64,000 nucleotides of DNA from NCBI GenBank assembly GCA_002380945.1, contig DFWO01000190.1:820-64819 (forward strand). Direction: 5' to 3'. The DNA is from Methylococcaceae bacterium UBA4132 (GTDB lineage Bacteria > Pseudomonadota > Gammaproteobacteria > Methylococcales > Methylomonadaceae). The notes under the pieces were generated by a model. That model worked only from the letters and a program-made list of their open reading frames with translations. It was not told the DNA's origin and ran no database searches. Both the position numbers and the translations under genes were made by a program. Positions 28,658 to 41,300 of this stretch are shown in pieces. The stretch's first letter is position 1, and the number at the start of each line of letters is the position of its first letter.

Positions 28658-29122
28658 ATGAAACTGTATTTTCAACAAACTACACTCGGTAAACTGGGCA
28701 TCGCTGAACTGGGCGGCAACATCACTGATGTCTATTTTGCAGGTGATTTCATTCCGCAAGACGTTGAGATAGTTGAAACCACGCTAATCAACGAGGCATT
28801 CTCACAACTGAACGCCTATCTTGCGGGTGAATGCCGCGAATTTTCTTTACCACTTGCCCCGCGTGGTACGGTTTTCATGCAGACCGTGTGGCAAGCTTTG
28901 TGTGCTGTGCCTTACGCAACAACCGCCAGTTATAAAGACATTGCCCTAGCAATAAACAACCCAAAAGCCGTGCGAGCCGTCGGGCAAGCCAATCATAAAA
29001 ACTCCATTCCCATTTTTATACCCTGTCATAGAATCATCGGCAGTAACGGCAAGTTAGTTGGCTACAGTGGCGGTTTGGATATTAAAGAATTTTTGTTAGC
29101 ACTAGAAAAGCGCAATGCGTAA
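28658..29122 (+). CDS. ogt: Methylated-DNA-protein-cysteine methyltransferase
   Basis: Active-site IPCHRI with upstream YKDIA...AVGQANHKN helix-turn-helix segment. Confidence 0.88.
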   Translation: MKLYFQQTTLGKLGIAELGGNITDVYFAGDFIPQDVEIVETTLINEAFSQLNAYLAGECREFSLPLAPRGTVFMQTVWQALCAVPYATTASYKDIALAINNPKAVRAVGQANHKNSIPIFIPCHRIIGSNGKLVGYSGGLDIKEFLLALEKRNA

Positions 29123-29127
29123 ATAAT

Positions 29128-29226
29128 TTTCCACAAAAAGCACGAAAGACGCGAACAGAATGCTAAGTAATAATCTATTGAATTTAATGCATTATTAGTT
29201 TCGTGCTTTTTGTGTTTTTCGTGGAT
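29128..29226. mobile_element. CACGAAA-TIR MITE copy (slightly degenerate ends)
   Basis: TTTCCACAAAAAGCACGAAAGACGCGAA...TTTCGTGCTTTTTGTGTTTTTCGTGGAT. Confidence 0.75.
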
Positions 29227-29314
29227 GTAATACTGTCCTTACCTCAGCCCAACACCTAGTTCTTAGGTATAATCAGCGATGACTTCAACAACCCTTAAAG
29301 GCTTAGATTTAATT

Positions 29315-30391
29315 ATGAATACAACGGTACTTTCACCTATTAAAATCGGCTGTTACTCACTACCAAATCGTGTTGTTATGGCACCTTTAACAAGGATGCG
29401 CTCACCTAATGGTATAGCGAATGAGTTAATGGCGAGCTATTACACACAACGCGCCAGTGCGGGCTTGATTATTTCCGAAGCCTCACCTATTTCACCGCAA
29501 GGCATTGGTTATCCTGCGATTCCCTGCATTTATACGGCTGAGCACGTGGAAGGTTGGAAAAAAGTAACTACCGCTGTTCATGCACATAACGGGCATATTT
29601 TTTTACAGTTATGGCATGTTGGGCGTATTTCTCATCCTGATTATCATGACGGTCAATTGCCTGTCGCACCATCGCCTATTCAGCCTAAAGGCAATGCCAT
29701 TACGCCGCATGGTATGAAGCCATTTGTCACGCCGCGTGACTTATCAATTACTGAAATTCAGGACATTGTTGAACATTATCGTCATGCCGCTGAAAACGCA
29801 CTGGCGGCAGGTTTTAATGGTGTGGAAATACACGCAGCTAATGGCTATTTGATAGATCAATTTTTGCGTGATGGCTCTAATCAACGCATGGATGAGTATG
29901 GTGGTAGCGTAGAAAACCGTACCCGATTTTTATTGGAAGTCACTAAAGCGGTGGTGTCAGTGTGGGGTTCAGATCGTGTGGGTGTGCGTCTTGCACCGAG
30001 CGGTACATTTAATGATATGACTGATTCTGTACCCGAGGCTTTGTTTGTCTATGTGTTAGGGCAACTGAATAATTTTAACTTAGCATACCTGCATGTGGTT
30101 GACGCACTGGAAAGTGATATTCGTCATGGTGCAAATGTAGTTGATTTGGCTGTATTACGCGCGGCTTATCAAGGTACACTCATTGTTTGTGGTGGTTATG
30201 ATTATGAGCGTGCCAATGCAACTATTGAACAAGGTTTGGCAAATGCAGTGGCTTTTGGGCAGTTATACATTGCTAATCCAGACTTAGTTGAGCGTTTTGC
30301 AGCTAACGCACCGTTAAATACGCCTGACCCTAGCACTTTTTATGGTGGTGAGGTTAAAGGTTATACGGATTATCCGACGATAGCTGATTAA
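29315..30391 (+). CDS. Old Yellow Enzyme family NADH:flavin oxidoreductase (NemA-like)
   Basis: LPNRVVMAPLTR, HAANGYLIDQFL, RVGVRLAP motifs. A TATAAT at about 29268 suggests the 29279 ATG lies too close to the transcript start. Confidence 0.88.
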   Translation: MNTTVLSPIKIGCYSLPNRVVMAPLTRMRSPNGIANELMASYYTQRASAGLIISEASPISPQGIGYPAIPCIYTAEHVEGWKKVTTAVHAHNGHIFLQLWHVGRISHPDYHDGQLPVAPSPIQPKGNAITPHGMKPFVTPRDLSITEIQDIVEHYRHAAENALAAGFNGVEIHAANGYLIDQFLRDGSNQRMDEYGGSVENRTRFLLEVTKAVVSVWGSDRVGVRLAPSGTFNDMTDSVPEALFVYVLGQLNNFNLAYLHVVDALESDIRHGANVVDLAVLRAAYQGTLIVCGGYDYERANATIEQGLANAVAFGQLYIANPDLVERFAANAPLNTPDPSTFYGGEVKGYTDYPTIAD

Positions 30392-30395
30392 TTAA

Positions 30396-30460
30396 TGTCC
30401 ACGAAAAACACGAAAGGTACAAAATAAAGCAAATAGTTTTGTGCCTTTCGTTGCTTCCAG
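30396..30460. mobile_element. Partial CACGAAA-TIR MITE (left TIR intact, right end decayed)
   Basis: TGTCCACGAAAAACACGAAAGGTAC...GTGCCTTTCGTTGCTTCCAG. Confidence 0.6.
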
Positions 30461-30791
30461 TACGCAAATTTTGTTACTCGCATAAAAAACCATTTGCATT
30501 ATGCGACGCTAATTTTACTAATACTGCATTTATTATTGGATATTTTTAGTATCCATTTTATATCCATTAATACTCCGTTTAAAACGATTGTTGCTTTTAA
30601 TTTCTTCGATAAAAACTATTACTTTTATATAATTCACAATGTGTTAGAAACTTATTGTAAGTAGATACAGTAAAGGGTTATATGGATGAGCTATCAAGAA
30701 AAAGATTCATTAAAATAGTCGAAACTATGCCGACTATCATAGATAATACGCGGCTGTTTAATTTCAAGTTATAGGATGTCATAACCCCGTT

Positions 30792-33700
30792 ATGAAGTTG
30801 GAAAAAATCAAACTTTCGGGTTTTAAATCCTTTGTTGATAACACCGTTATTCCAATCACTAGCAATCTCACTGCTATCGTAGGACCGAATGGGTGTGGTA
30901 AATCTAATATTATTGATGCAGTGCGTTGGGTGATGGGCGAAAGTTCAGCTAAACATTTACGCGGCGGTAATATGGCGGATGTCATTTTTAATGGCTCATC
31001 GAGTCGTAAACCTGTTAGCACTGCGTCAGTTGAGCTGATCTTTAATAATTCGGAAGGCAAGCTAGGCGGTGAATATGCACAATATGCCAGCATTGCCATT
31101 AAGCGGCAGGTCAGTCGTGATGGGCAGTCCTTATATTGGCTGAATGGTTCACGGTGTCGGCGCAGGGATATTACTGATTTATTTTTAGGGACAGGACTCG
31201 GTTCACGCAGTTATGCCATAATCGAGCAAGGCACAATCTCACGCATGGTGGAATCTAAACCCGAAGAGTTGCGTGTGCATATTGAAGAAGCGGCGGGTAT
31301 TTCTAAATATAAAGAACGCCGTCATGAAACAGAAACGCGTATGCGTAACACCCGCGACAATCTGGAACGGCTGGATGATTTGCGTGATGAAGTAGAAAAG
31401 CAAATCAAGCATTTGCAAAAACAAGCCGAAAAAGCGGAAAAGTACACCGACCTTAAACAACAAGAACGCCAGTATAAAGTCGAATTGCTAGCCATGCGCT
31501 GGCAAAGTTATCAGCAAACCACCACTCAGTTAGACGCGCAATTACAAAAAGTAGCCACCGAACATAATCGCTTATTTATCGAATTACGCGAGATGGATAA
31601 TCATCTTGAACAACAGCGTGCTGACTATAAAACTCAGCAACAGCAAGTCAACCAAGTACAAGGTGATTATTATAATGTGGCTGCTGAAGTTGGGCGTTTT
31701 GAACAAGCAATTAAGCACGAACAACGCAATCATGAAGACACCATGCTGGAAATCGGGCGTTCACAGCAACAAGCCGATCACGCGTTGAGTGAGTTAGATA
31801 CCGATAGGCAAGCATTAGAAGATATTAAACAGCAGTTAGACGAAGCAGAACAAAGCTGGCTGGTGATTCAAGAACGCCAAGAAACGGTAGTACAGTTACA
31901 GCAAGACGGGCAGCAACAACGGCACGCATGGCAAACACAATGGAATGACTATCAAACTAAAACGGCTCGCTATAAAGAACAAGCCGAAGTTCAGCGCGTT
32001 AAAATCCTGCAACTGGAACAGCAACAGCGGCAATTCAACAGCCGTATGGATAAATTATCAGCAGAACGTGAAGAGTTATCAATGGCAGATTTAGCCGATG
32101 ACATTGAACTCTTGGCAGAGAGTATTGAGATTATTGAAGTTCAGCGTGAAGATTTACACGCTGAGCTTGAACAGCTACAACAACAAATTACAGAACAACG
32201 CCAACAGATTAAACAACTGCATAATGAGCTACATAGCCAGCGTTCTTTGCAACAGCAACTGAAAGGCAAAATAACCGCCTTGGAATTATTACAGCAACAT
32301 GCGATGGGTAAAGATAATAAAAATCTTAGCGCGTGGCTGGAACACTGCAATATAACCACCGAACAAGGACGCTTAGCTGAATATCTGGAGGTGGAAACAG
32401 GCTGGGAAACAGCAGTTGAAACGGTGTTAGGCAGTTATTTAGAGGCAGTTTGTTTGGCGCATATAGAATTATTGTTACCGCATTTGCCGAATTTAACCGA
32501 CCAATCTTTAACGCTATTTGGTACGCAATGCGTACCAAACGCGATTAACGATACTGCCACGAGCTTATTAACTAAAGTGACAGCACCGTGGGATTTAAGC
32601 AGTTTGTTATCGACTATTTATTGTGCTGATGATAACGACACGGCTCAACGCTTAGTTTCAGGACTACAAGCGCATGAATCCATTATTACGCCCGATGGTC
32701 TTTGGTTGAGTACAAGTTGGTTAAAAATTCAGCGTAGCAAAGATCATAAAACAGGTGTGTTACAACGCGAAAAAGAATTACGTTCGTTAAAACAACAGTT
32801 AGAACAATTGCAACAAAAAATCGCTGAATCTGAAGATTGCTTAGCCAGTACCGAAGCTCAGCTAAAAGCGGCTGAACTGCAACGCGAGTCGGTGGCGCGA
32901 GCAGATAGCAATTTAGGCATGGAATTATCGCTGAAAAACTCAGAATACAGTGCGCAATCCGCTCGACTAGAACAACAACACCGCCGCCTTGAACAAATCA
33001 GTAACGAACAACAGGACATTTGTGTTGAGTTGGAAGACACTATCGACACCATGACCGAGGCACGACAGTTACAGGCAGAGGCCGAAGAAATTATGGCTGA
33101 GCAAGAAACCACTCGCCAACAGCTAGAGGCGTTAAACCAAGCATTACAAACGTCCCAACACCAAACCGAACACGCTGTTAATGAAGCTAGACAACAAGCA
33201 TTCGGTATCAGAGCGAAAATTGATGCGTTACGGTCTTCGGAACAGTTAACCAGCAAACAAATAGAGCGGCTACAGCTCCAGCATCAACAAGCCGTGGCGC
33301 GTATTGCCTTGTTGGAAAGCAAGCAACAGCAAACCCACGCAACATTAGATGAAGAAAAAGTCTTGCTTGCCGAGAAAATTGTCGAAAAAAATCAGCTAGA
33401 ACAGCGATTAAAAACTGAGCGGCATAATCAAGACGCGCTGGAAGCCAGTATTACTGAGTTGACCAAGCAACACACGCGTGTACAAAGAGCGTTAGAAATT
33501 GAAAAAGAAGCACTTGATAAACACCGTTTTGACAGTCAAGAAAGCAAAGTGCGTGGGCAAACAATCCGTGAACAACTGAATGAAATGAATGCCGATGCTG
33601 AACAGGTCTTAAAAAATCTACCCGAACATGCGCAAGATGCGGTTTGGAAACAAAAAGTTGATGAATTATCCGCGCAAATCGAACGTTTAGGCACGATTAA

Positions 33701-34301
33701 CTTAACGGCTATTGAAGAATACAAGGCACAATCTGAGCGGTTAGATTTTTTAAATGAACAACACGCTGATTTAATTGAAGCCTTACAAACCTTAGAACTG
33801 GCGATTAATAAAATTGATAAAGAAAGTCGGTTACGTTTTAAAGAAACATTCGATAAAATAAATACAGGTTTACAAGAAAAATTTCCAAAATTATTTGGTG
33901 GTGGTCAAGCCTATTTAGAATTAACTGAACAAGATTTATTAGAATCAGGGGTTAATATTATCGCAAGACCTCCAGGTAAAAAGAACAGCACCATTCATTT
34001 ATTATCGGGCGGTGAAAAAGCATTAACAGCGGTGGCATTAGTATTTTCAATTTTTGAACTTAATCCCGCTCCATTTTGCTTGTTAGACGAAGTTGACGCA
34101 CCACTTGATGATGCTAATGTCGGACGATTCTCAAAAATGGTTGAAGAAATGTCCGCCACTGTGCAGTTTTTATATATTTCACATAATAAGGTTACAATGG
34201 AAATCTCAAAGCAGTTAGCAGGTGTTACCATGAAAGAGCCGGGTGTATCCCGCATGGTCGCGGTTGATATTGAAGCAGCAGTCACAATGGCGGAAATCTA
34301 A
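30792..34301 (+). CDS. smc: Chromosome segregation protein SMC
   Basis: Walker A GPNGCGKSN, long Q/E-rich coiled coils with a central hinge, LSGGEKALTA signature, Walker B LLDEVDAPLD. Confidence 0.95.
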   Translation: MKLEKIKLSGFKSFVDNTVIPITSNLTAIVGPNGCGKSNIIDAVRWVMGESSAKHLRGGNMADVIFNGSSSRKPVSTASVELIFNNSEGKLGGEYAQYASIAIKRQVSRDGQSLYWLNGSRCRRRDITDLFLGTGLGSRSYAIIEQGTISRMVESKPEELRVHIEEAAGISKYKERRHETETRMRNTRDNLERLDDLRDEVEKQIKHLQKQAEKAEKYTDLKQQERQYKVELLAMRWQSYQQTTTQLDAQLQKVATEHNRLFIELREMDNHLEQQRADYKTQQQQVNQVQGDYYNVAAEVGRFEQAIKHEQRNHEDTMLEIGRSQQQADHALSELDTDRQALEDIKQQLDEAEQSWLVIQERQETVVQLQQDGQQQRHAWQTQWNDYQTKTARYKEQAEVQRVKILQLEQQQRQFNSRMDKLSAEREELSMADLADDIELLAESIEIIEVQREDLHAELEQLQQQITEQRQQIKQLHNELHSQRSLQQQLKGKITALELLQQHAMGKDNKNLSAWLEHCNITTEQGRLAEYLEVETGWETAVETVLGSYLEAVCLAHIELLLPHLPNLTDQSLTLFGTQCVPNAINDTATSLLTKVTAPWDLSSLLSTIYCADDNDTAQRLVSGLQAHESIITPDGLWLSTSWLKIQRSKDHKTGVLQREKELRSLKQQLEQLQQKIAESEDCLASTEAQLKAAELQRESVARADSNLGMELSLKNSEYSAQSARLEQQHRRLEQISNEQQDICVELEDTIDTMTEARQLQAEAEEIMAEQETTRQQLEALNQALQTSQHQTEHAVNEARQQAFGIRAKIDALRSSEQLTSKQIERLQLQHQQAVARIALLESKQQQTHATLDEEKVLLAEKIVEKNQLEQRLKTERHNQDALEASITELTKQHTRVQRALEIEKEALDKHRFDSQESKVRGQTIREQLNEMNADAEQVLKNLPEHAQDAVWKQKVDELSAQIERLGTINLTAIEEYKAQSERLDFLNEQHADLIEALQTLELAINKIDKESRLRFKETFDKINTGLQEKFPKLFGGGQAYLELTEQDLLESGVNIIARPPGKKNSTIHLLSGGEKALTAVALVFSIFELNPAPFCLLDEVDAPLDDANVGRFSKMVEEMSATVQFLYISHNKVTMEISKQLAGVTMKEPGVSRMVAVDIEAAVTMAEI

Positions 34302-34984
34302 TGGACAAAGAAATACTAAGAATTGTAATTATTGCCACAGGACTCATTATCGTCATCGTTATGTTGACGTGGGGTTATCTAAAAGACCGTAAATCACAAA
34401 GAGAAATGGACTTTGATGATGAGTCAGAACCTCAGACGGCACTTAATGAAACCGTAAATAGTACCGATGATAGGTATGCCGATGATGAGTATATTGAACC
34501 GTTAGGACCTGCCATTGTTAATCCATCGGAGAGTTATTATTCTAACGATGAGGATGACGAGGAAGAAGATTTTGCCCCCGCACCACAGCGCATTGCAACG
34601 CCAGCGATTATTCAGTTTTGTCTAGTGGCTAAAGCGGAAGAGGGTTTTAATGGTCTGGATTTAATTCGTGCTTTCAGAATAGCAGGACTTAAATATGGTA
34701 GTTTGAAAATATTTGAACGCTTAGATGCCAATCAATTAGTCGATTTTGGTGTTGCGTGTATGGTCGAACCAGGTACATTTCCTAGCGGTCATTTAGATAC
34801 CTTTTATTGCCCAGGTATCGTATTTTTTATGCAGCCAGATGCTTTAGACGATGCACTAGCGGTTTTTGATGACTATGTGGAAACCATCCGTATGTTAGCC
34901 ATCGAGTTAGATGGCGATATTTGGGATCATCAAAGAAAACCACTCACTGAAGCCACCGTGCAGGCTATTCGCCAGAGTCTGTGA
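34301..34984 (+). CDS. zipA: Cell division protein ZipA (short form)
   Basis: N-terminal TM, acidic linker and C-terminal FtsZ-binding-type domain. Conserved smc-zipA-ligA order. TAATG overlap with smc. Confidence 0.8.
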   Translation: MDKEILRIVIIATGLIIVIVMLTWGYLKDRKSQREMDFDDESEPQTALNETVNSTDDRYADDEYIEPLGPAIVNPSESYYSNDEDDEEEDFAPAPQRIATPAIIQFCLVAKAEEGFNGLDLIRAFRIAGLKYGSLKIFERLDANQLVDFGVACMVEPGTFPSGHLDTFYCPGIVFFMQPDALDDALAVFDDYVETIRMLAIELDGDIWDHQRKPLTEATVQAIRQSL

Positions 34985-34998
34985 TGTTGTCTTGTTTT

Positions 34999-37250
<2,252 letters not shown>

Positions 37251-37261
37251 ATTATTTAAAA

Positions 37262-37296
37262 AAAGCCCATTAATTACAATTAATGGGCTTTTTATT
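37262..37296. terminator. Bidirectional rho-independent terminator
   Basis: AAAAAAGCCCATTAATT-acaa-TTAATGGGCTTTTTAT lies between convergent genes. Confidence 0.8.
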
Positions 37297-37311
37297 GTGA
37301 TACGTTGAAAT

Positions 37312-37827
37312 TTATTCGGCAGGGGTCGCATGATGTTTACTATGCTCGCCTATCACCGCGTTGTCGTGTTCTTTTGCCTGAGCATCAAACCATTCATGCA
37401 GAGCTTGCGCATACTGTGGATATTCGCTTGCATAATGAATTTGCGCACCATTGGGTAACGCTTTGTATTCAAACTTTATATCATAAGGTTGAGCCATTTT
37501 TAACACGGTAAGCCCTGGCATATTAGCACCATGTATGCGTTCTGTTTCAGAAAAATCGCCTTTGCTGAAATTATTTGTCATTTTAAGCAGATAAGCCTGA
37601 ATTAATTTGATTTGCTCGGTATTATCAGCCGATTTAACGACTACATGTTGCACGCCACCGTGTACGGTTTTGGTAAACGTTTGTTTGGTTTGATCGACAG
37701 CATAGGGAACGACTTGCTGGGTACGTTGACGTACTTCATCGGTGTGTTCAGAACTGGCTTTTTCAACAGCAAGTGTAGAGGTAGAAAAAAATACCAGTCC
37801 AGTGAATAGTAAAGCGTAAAGTTTCAT
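37312..37827 (-). CDS. Secreted hypothetical protein
   Basis: Signal peptide MKLYALLFTGLVFFSTSTLA begins at the internal ATG at 37827. His-rich C-terminus. No recognised domain. Confidence 0.55.
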   Translation of the reverse strand: MKLYALLFTGLVFFSTSTLAVEKASSEHTDEVRQRTQQVVPYAVDQTKQTFTKTVHGGVQHVVVKSADNTEQIKLIQAYLLKMTNNFSKGDFSETERIHGANMPGLTVLKMAQPYDIKFEYKALPNGAQIHYASEYPQYAQALHEWFDAQAKEHDNAVIGEHSKHHATPAE

Positions 37828-38023
37828 AATCGTATACCTCGTTGTTTCTTTGTACATGACAAAAATACAGTAACTCGTTGAAATTTTGCAAAATTTCAGT
37901 CCTTTCAATATACTAAGAACTTAATGGACTGCGAAAGTTCAACGGGTTATCGGTGCATACTAAATGAACATTTTAAATGTAACAAGGTAAGAATGGTTTA
38001 CCTTGTCTAAGGGGAAAAATCAG

Positions 38024-38063
38024 AACGATTAATCTGCAAGCAGATACCGTTCTAATGGTCTTA
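38024..38063 (-). terminator. Rho-independent terminator after phoU
   Basis: On the minus strand, AGAACGgtATCTGCttGCAGATtaatCGTTCT is followed by GATTTTT. Confidence 0.7.
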
Positions 38064-38066
38064 ATA

Positions 38067-38783
38067 TTATTGTTTATTTAGCTTTTCTTCCAATTCCGAT
38101 TGGCTTAAATGCCTTACAGCTTCGCCTTTAATCATAAAAATTAAATGTTCGCAGATGTAGCAAGCATGGTCGCCAATGCGTTCAATTGCACGTACGGTCC
38201 ATAAAACATTTAACGTACGGGTAATATTTCTGGGGTCTTCCATCATGTGAGTGATGAGCTGTCGAATGATGCTGGCATACTCTCTATCAACCTCGTCATC
38301 ACGTCCTGTAATCTCGGTAATATCGTCGATGCACATTCTGGCAAACGCATCTAATGCACCATGTAACATATCTTTGACTAAATCAGTCATGTGATGCAAT
38401 TCATGGTATTGATCTTTTTTACCGTCAGAATCAGAAAGTTGAATCGCTAGTTTGGCAATACGCTCCGCTAAATCGCCAATAATTTCCAATTCATTAATGA
38501 TTTTAATCACAGTCAATAGCAAACGTAGATCGAATGCCGCAGGTTGGCGTAACGCTAAAATTTGCGTACATTCTAGGTCAATTGCCATTTCCAGCGCGTC
38601 AACCTGATTGTCTTGTTTAATGACTAACTCAGCGAGTTCTACATCACCCGTGGTAAATGCTTCGATTGCTAACTCTATTTGCTGTTCAACCAAGCCGCCC
38701 ATTGTTAATACTTTATTGCGTATATCTTCCAATTCTTTGTTGAATTGTTCAGAAATATGGTGTCCTATTTTACTGTTATCCAC
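38067..38783 (-). CDS. phoU: Phosphate signalling regulator PhoU
   Basis: HISEQFNKELEDIRNKVLTMGG start region and duplicated PhoU repeats (E(R)IGD twice). GTG start at 38783 has AAGAGG upstream, just after the pstB stop. Confidence 0.9.
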   Translation of the reverse strand: MDNSKIGHHISEQFNKELEDIRNKVLTMGGLVEQQIELAIEAFTTGDVELAELVIKQDNQVDALEMAIDLECTQILALRQPAAFDLRLLLTVIKIINELEIIGDLAERIAKLAIQLSDSDGKKDQYHELHHMTDLVKDMLHGALDAFARMCIDDITEITGRDDEVDREYASIIRQLITHMMEDPRNITRTLNVLWTVRAIERIGDHACYICEHLIFMIKGEAVRHLSQSELEEKLNKQ

Positions 38784-38796
38784 TGTGTTTGCCTCT

Positions 38797-39630
38797 TTAG
38801 CCGTAACGTCCCGTAATATAATCTTCTGTTTGTTTTTTCTTTGGATTGGTAAATAACTCACTGGTAGTACCAATCTCAATCAGTTCACCCATATACATGA
38901 ATGCGGTGTAATCAGAAACCCGCGCTGCTTGCTGCATATTGTGCGTAACAATGACTATAGTATATTTTTCTTTTAGCTCATTAATTAATTCTTCAATTTT
39001 GAGCGTTGAGATAGGGTCTAAAGCCGAGGCAGGTTCGTCTAATAGTAACACTTCTGGTTCGATAGCAATGGCGCGGGCAATGACTAGACGTTGTTGTTGA
39101 CCACCCGATAAGCCTAATGCGTTGTCATTTAAACGATCTTTAACCTCGTCCCACAATGCCGCACCGCGTAACGAATTTTCGACGGTTTCTTCTAATACGC
39201 GCTTGTCATTAACGCCTTGAATACGCAAACCGTAGGTGACATTTTCAAAAATAGATTTAGGAAACGGATTAGGCTTTTGAAATACCATGCCGACACGTCT
39301 ACGCAAAGCGGCGACATTAACTGATTTGTCGTAAATATTTTCATCGTCCAGTAAAATTTTGCCTTCGATGGTGACATTATCGACCAAATCATTCATGCGG
39401 TTGATGCAGCGTAATAACGTGGATTTACCACAGCCACTGGGTCCTATGTAAGCAGTGACTTTTTTACGATACATTTCCATGTTCACGCCATGTAATGCTT
39501 GTTTTTTGCCATAAAAAAGATTTAAGTTTTCTACTTTGATACAAGGTTCATTGGGGGATTGGGCTTGCCCTTGTCCGCGTAGAACAGAACTCATATCAAT
39601 AGAATGTGAACGGGTTTGTTGTGCTGTCAT
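38797..39630 (-). CDS. pstB: Phosphate ABC transporter ATP-binding protein PstB
   Basis: [25 protein letters not shown]. Operon context. Confidence 0.95.
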   Translation of the reverse strand: MTAQQTRSHSIDMSSVLRGQGQAQSPNEPCIKVENLNLFYGKKQALHGVNMEMYRKKVTAYIGPSGCGKSTLLRCINRMNDLVDNVTIEGKILLDDENIYDKSVNVAALRRRVGMVFQKPNPFPKSIFENVTYGLRIQGVNDKRVLEETVENSLRGAALWDEVKDRLNDNALGLSGGQQQRLVIARAIAIEPEVLLLDEPASALDPISTLKIEELINELKEKYTIVIVTHNMQQAARVSDYTAFMYMGELIEIGTTSELFTNPKKKQTEDYITGRYG

Positions 39631-39644
39631 TTGTTAATAACCTT

Positions 39645-41300
39645 CTAATGTTCTAATGCGCGGTATTTTTCGCGTAGACGATTTCTGATAATAATGGCTG
39701 TTAAGTTCAGTACAACGATTACTATAACCAATAATAATGCGGTGGCATACACCAAGGGTCGTGCTGCTTCAACATTGGGACTTTGAAAACCGACATCATA
39801 AATGTGAAAACCTAAGTGCATAAATTTTCTGTCTAAATGCAAAAAGGGGAAGTTGCCATCTAAGGGTAAGGTGGGTGCGAGTTTAACCACGCCCACCAAC
39901 ATCAGCGGAGCGACTTCGCCCGCCGCGCGTGCAACGGCTAAAATTAAGCCTGTCATCATGGCAGGACTTGCCATCGGTAATACAGTACGCCATAAGGTTT
40001 CTATTTTAGTGGCACCTAATGCCAGACTGCCCTCGCGTATGGCTTTTGGAATCCGCGCCAAGCCTTCTTCGGTAGACACAATCACGACAGGTAAGGTCAA
40101 TAATGCCAAGGTGATGGATGCCCATAATAAACCAGGTGTACCGTACACAGGAGCAGGCGAAGCTTCTGGGAAAAACAAAGCGTCAATGTTGCCACCTAAA
40201 ATGTATACAAAGAATCCCAAACCGAATACGCCATAAACGATGGAGGGTACACCTGCTAAATTGTTGACTGCGATTCTGATTAAGCGAGTGGTAAAGCCTT
40301 GTTTCGCATATTCACGCAAGTACACTGCCGCAATTACGCCAAACGGTGTGACGATAATGGACATGATGATAACCATCATCACCGTACCAAAAATAGCAGG
40401 AAAAATACCGCCTTCAGTATTGGCTTCACGCGGTTCGTCGGTTAAAAATTCAAAAATTTTGTGACAGTAAAAGCCCACTTTACCAAAGAAACTCATGGCA
40501 TTGGGTTGATACACTTTCACTATTTTAGCCAACGGAATGGTAATACTTGCACCCGTATCAGTTTTAGCTACTAGACTATCGCGTCTAATTTCTTTATAGA
40601 GACTGCCAAGTTCAGCTTGATGACTTTGATATTGGGCATCATAGTCGGCTTTCTCAGCGGCAAATTCTTTTTCAGTATCGCTATTCCAACGATTTTCTAA
40701 TTGCAATTTTTTCTGTTTCAAACGTAAGCGTTCTAAACCGTAGTTAATTGCGCCGATTTCCTTTTTTTCCAATTGGGTGATTTTTTCAAACACCACTAAA
40801 GCGGCGGCAATTCTGGTTTGCAGTTCAGACATCGCTTGTTCGCCTGTCGCAATGGTCTTGCCATTTTCTTTCACTTCCAGCAGTTGACCATAGAAATTGC
40901 CCCATTCGCGCCGTTCTACCACCATCATTGTGTCAGGATCGCTTTGCTCTTTGACATTGCGTGCTTCTATCCAACGGAAGTCGGTGCCTGTCACATCACG
41001 GTTGCCTGTTTTGACCAGATACTGCACCAGTGTATCTTCGTTGTCCGCCATTTTATGTCCAGTCGATTTTGCCATGATGGCAGGCGTGATACTGGTATCG
41101 ACTTTTTCACCAATGATAATGCGTAGCGGTTTACCTTCTTCTTGATAACTAAATTGCGTGACTTGAGCGGGCCAAAAATGCCCCATGCCACGCACAAAAA
41201 CCAAAACCAGTACCGCAATGACCATAATAAGGCAGGTGCTAACAGCCGCCGCATTTAGCCATATCCACGGTGATCCACTTTTAAACCATAATTTCATCAT
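39645..41300 (-). CDS. pstA: Phosphate ABC transporter permease PstA (long form with large extracytoplasmic insert)
   Basis: The C-terminal half carries the PstA-type permease core (EGSLALGATK...). About 250 aa of insert follows TM1. Confidence 0.88.
   Translation of the reverse strand: MMKLWFKSGSPWIWLNAAAVSTCLIMVIAVLVLVFVRGMGHFWPAQVTQFSYQEEGKPLRIIIGEKVDTSITPAIMAKSTGHKMADNEDTLVQYLVKTGNRDVTGTDFRWIEARNVKEQSDPDTMMVVERREWGNFYGQLLEVKENGKTIATGEQAMSELQTRIAAALVVFEKITQLEKKEIGAINYGLERLRLKQKKLQLENRWNSDTEKEFAAEKADYDAQYQSHQAELGSLYKEIRRDSLVAKTDTGASITIPLAKIVKVYQPNAMSFFGKVGFYCHKIFEFLTDEPREANTEGGIFPAIFGTVMMVIIMSIIVTPFGVIAAVYLREYAKQGFTTRLIRIAVNNLAGVPSIVYGVFGLGFFVYILGGNIDALFFPEASPAPVYGTPGLLWASITLALLTLPVVIVSTEEGLARIPKAIREGSLALGATKIETLWRTVLPMASPAMMTGLILAVARAAGEVAPLMLVGVVKLAPTLPLDGNFPFLHLDRKFMHLGFHIYDVGFQSPNVEAARPLVYATALLLVIVIVVLNLTAIIIRNRLREKYRALEH

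Noticed and set aside
32858-33256. Antisense ORFs inside long genes (for example 31239-31463, 32141-32359 and 32858-33256 in smc; 6874-7227 in copA; 8921-9355; 39853-40236 and 40818-41145 in pstA; 41505-43091 in pstC; 58464-58886 in nhaD)
   Set aside because: These are shadow ORFs on the strand opposite to strongly supported genes. They have Cys/Ser/Arg-rich unnatural compositions and no start context.
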